Assembly (NCBI GenBank): GCA_002269645.1
Contig: NIVC01000697.1
Location: forward strand, 124,001 to 188,000
DNA length: 64,000 nucleotides
From: Macrostomum lignano
Lineage: Eukaryota
Direction of reading: 5' to 3'
Position 1 is the first letter of the stretch, and each line of letters starts with the position of its first letter. The position numbers were made by a program, and so were the translations under genes. Positions 55,183 to 64,000 of this stretch are shown piece by piece. The notes below the pieces were generated by a model. The model was not told the DNA's origin. It did not search any database and saw nothing but the letters and a program-made list of their open reading frames with translations.

Positions 55183-55993
55183 AACAGTCAAATTGTTTAT
55201 TATTGCTTTGAAAAGACCGTATTGGCTTGGCTTGTTTACAGTAGTACGGACTGGTTCGAATTTGGCAAGCGAAAATTGCAAATTGATGGCTAGAATGCTG
55301 GATTTCTTCGACAGCGCAGCTGCGCTCCGGCCCTTGTGATTCATAGTATGAGCCATGTCATTGTGTGATTGGGACTTGTCAATATTTTATGCTAAATAGA
55401 GCCTAATGCTATTGCAATGAAGTTGGTGGTGGCTAATTAAAATAGCAGCATACTCAAAGCTACTCAGGGCTCTTAAAATTGGTCATTGCCAATTTGCTAT
55501 CACAGGTGGCTCGCAGTCTGGCCGAGTGGAGACCAGCAGCTTTTCAGCGGGCGGTGTTTGTTTCTAATTAGGAATCTCGTCATTTAAATTTTCCTTATCC
55601 AGACCGGCCGTAAACAGCTCCAAAGAGAAAAAGTGCAAACGCACCTATTGATACATTTCGCTCAGTATGCTGTACGAGGCTTTCTTACAGTAGGATTACC
55701 AAGCTATTTTCCAATCCTAGCGTACCAAGCGTACAGAGAGAGACGAAATGTTTCCACGATACATTCAACTTCGGGTCCTCATTGTATTTTTAGACCAGTT
55801 CTGTGCCTAATTGCCAAAGAGCCTTTCGCGGACCTCAATGGCGGATTTCTAGTTCATATACAATTAGTTCGTCATCAGTTTGACACCATGAAATTGAAGT
55901 TCTTCAAACTTCATTTTTCAAGCGGCCTGTAAAAGACACTGTGATTTATGATTGAATTCTCCAAGCACCTGTTAGAACGTAATCAATGATGCT

Positions 55994-56268
55994 CAGATGT
56001 GCAACCGACAGCTCAGCCGCAGCTATTGCGCGGCGCATCTGAAGGCTGCATACGGCTGTTCAGTCCAAGGACTGGGGGGGTCGCCACACAGCCTCAATTA
56101 CCCCAGCTAATGCTGGCACCCATTTTACAGCTGGGTGAACTGAAGCAATGCAGAGTTAAGTGCCTTGCCCGAGGACACAAATTGTTATACGCTCGTAGTA
56201 AGTCGAGATTCGAACCCCCACCCTTCAAGTCGTAAGTTCGACGCTCCAACCACTAGGCTAAAAACCCC
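55994..56268 (-). mobile_element. tRNA-derived CORE-type SINE with intact A/B boxes
   Basis: Minus strand: TAGCCTAGTGG (A box) ... GGTTCGAATCT (B box) ... gtgtcctcgggcaaggcacttaac ... ctgtaaaatggg. Confidence 0.9.
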
Positions 56269-56283
56269 GTAGGCTACCCCCGT

Positions 56284-56457
56284 ACTTAGCCCTGCATTGC
56301 TTGAGTTCAACCAGCTGTAAAATGGGTACTGCAGCATTAGCTGGGGTAATAAGAATGTGGCGTCCTTGGACTGAACAGCCGTACGCAATAGCTGCGGCTG
56401 AGCTGTCGGTTGCACATCTGGCCATTAGGGCTGGTGTAATTAATTATTATTATTATT
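56284..56457 (+). mobile_element. 5'-truncated SINE copy in opposite orientation, with (TTA)n tail
   Basis: acttagccctgcattgc...ctgtaaaatggg...gtcggttgcacatctggccattagggctggtgtaattaattattattatt; contains a ~20-nt internal deletion. Confidence 0.85.
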
Positions 56458-57009
56458 TTCAGAATATTTATTAAACCTGCATTGCGCAACTTGCCTGCCA
56501 AATAATTGTGTTCATAGCTGTTTTGTCTTCTCAGTTGCCGTGCCGTGCAGTCAGTTGTATTCCTGTGTAATCACCTGTAACAAAAGCAACCATAACAATC
56601 TGCACGCTTTGCTTTGGTTTGAGTCGTCTGTGTTTAAATTCAAGTAAAATTCGAGCATAATGCGAACGTAACGGAATGAATGCAAATTCTGGCATTTCTT
56701 GGGGGTAGAAATATACAAAATATCTATATATTACGCAATGTCTGCTGCACTCAGCTATGCTAGGACCTTGCTAGTCCTTGCTTGAACCTTGCACCACGTG
56801 ATATGATACACTAAAAGAAAAATAAAATTTCAATAAGTAGAGCCAGAGCGATGCTCGCCCGTGACGCAACTCTAATAAGACAGAGTGTGTACGCTCGTAC
56901 ATGTCGCTGAACAACCTGTTTCAGCTCATGCCTGTGTACAGTGTACGTGTCCTTGCGGGCCTGACTGCTTAGGGGCCAACGGAACGAGCCAGACTGCTTG
57001 CTTCGGATT

Positions 57010-57232
57010 TCGGGGGGAATTGCTGAGATGTCAAGGCTTACGGGGGAATTGCTGAGATATCAAGGCTTACGGGGGAATTGCTGAGATGTCAAAGCTTACG
57101 GGGGGATTGCTGAGATGGCAAGGCTTACGGGGGGAATTGCTGAGATGGCAAGGCTTTCGGGGGAATTGCTGAGATGGCAAGGCTTACGGGGGGAATTGCT
57201 GGGATTTCAAGGCTTATGGGGGAATTGTTTAG
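57010..57232. repeat. About 29-bp minisatellite (ggggaattgctgagatggcaaggcttac)
   Basis: Direct reading. Confidence 0.9.
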
Positions 57233-58206
57233 ATTCTGTGCGGTACCACAAATTGAAATGCGCCGACTTCTGATGACAGACACTAACACAAAATTGTAGT
57301 AGATTTATCATATATAAGTCATTCGCGCTGCACAATTGCAAAATATAGGTAAGCTACAATACTACTATATGCTGTGCTATCTTATCGAATTTATCAAAGC
57401 CCGATCATGGGGAGAGAGAGGGGGCCACGCTAACCACCTCAGGAGCTGCACTGCCTGGCAACTCAAATTTGAAACATTCTTCTCTGTGCGCTAAAGGCCT
57501 GTGTGTGTGGGGGGGGGCTTTTGAGCCTCTGACGGTTGTGAGAAATACTCAATAGGCTAACAGCTGCAGCGGCAGCCGAACATGGGGCTGGTACGTGGGA
57601 GGGGGTGGCTGCCACTGATTGCTCCTATACCTGCGTCCCAGGAGGGTCCCCATGCTGTCAGTACCCGGCCTCTGTGCATGCACTTCGCCAGAGCGCACGT
57701 ACGAAGAACGCCGCCCACTCTCCGCATGGCCAGTGAAGCTATTTGCCCGATTTGAGTGCCCCTCTACCCCAGTGGGACCCGCGGCCAGCGACCAATCGGG
57801 TGGGGGGGGGGCGGCGGTCGGCGGTTGCCGACAGGCCCGCACTCTGGCCTTTTTCTCGCTCTAATAACTCTATCTATCTATCTGTCTGTCCGTCTGTTTA
57901 GAGAGAGCAGCGTATTTTATGATTGCAAGAGAACTATATAGGTAAATTAGTAGAATTATCGGAACCGCTGGGCCCAAATAGCAAATCGAATTACCTGCGA
58001 CAGAAAAACACGCTCTTGCTCAGGCATTCACCTGGCGCTAGTCTATGTGCTTCACGTTTACCTGCGCTCAACGAATGTTTGGGCAGATCGAGATCTGACT
58101 ATAGAATATCCATAGTCATTGCACAGCTGTCTCTGTTTAATTGGCAGATTGTAATAATAAATCTAGATACTAAATTCAGCGCAGTTCCACACTTCGGGTT
58201 GTCGGC

Positions 58207-63975
<5,769 letters not shown>

Positions 63976-64000
63976 GTGAGTAGTGAGCTCTCTTTTGACG

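Overview
This is intron-rich animal genomic DNA, not prokaryotic. The repeat style suggests a free-living flatworm such as Macrostomum, but that is an inference I cannot verify. Most long ORFs in the supplied track are translations of tandem repeats. Four protein-coding genes are supported: (1) a multi-exon minus-strand spectrin-repeat/coiled-coil gene with a long poly-Gln exon (at least 10792-26625, both ends unresolved); (2) an intronless secreted beta-microseminoprotein-like gene nested on the same strand in one of its introns (21239-21730); (3) a complete RALGAPB orthologue (37392-49755, about 10 exons); (4) the first four coding exons of a divergent Gs-like G-protein alpha subunit (58207 to beyond the window end). 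Mobile DNA comprises a full-length dead mariner, a tRNA-derived CORE-type SINE family, a solo LTR and foldback/MITE-like elements. Nearly every intron carries its own distinct minisatellite. The most striking signal is a 2-kb CpG-free zone upstream of RALGAPB, where a SINE copy and one arm of an inverted repeat carry dense, one-directional C>T/G>A transitions, including many at non-CpG sites. This resembles fungal RIP-type hypermutation.
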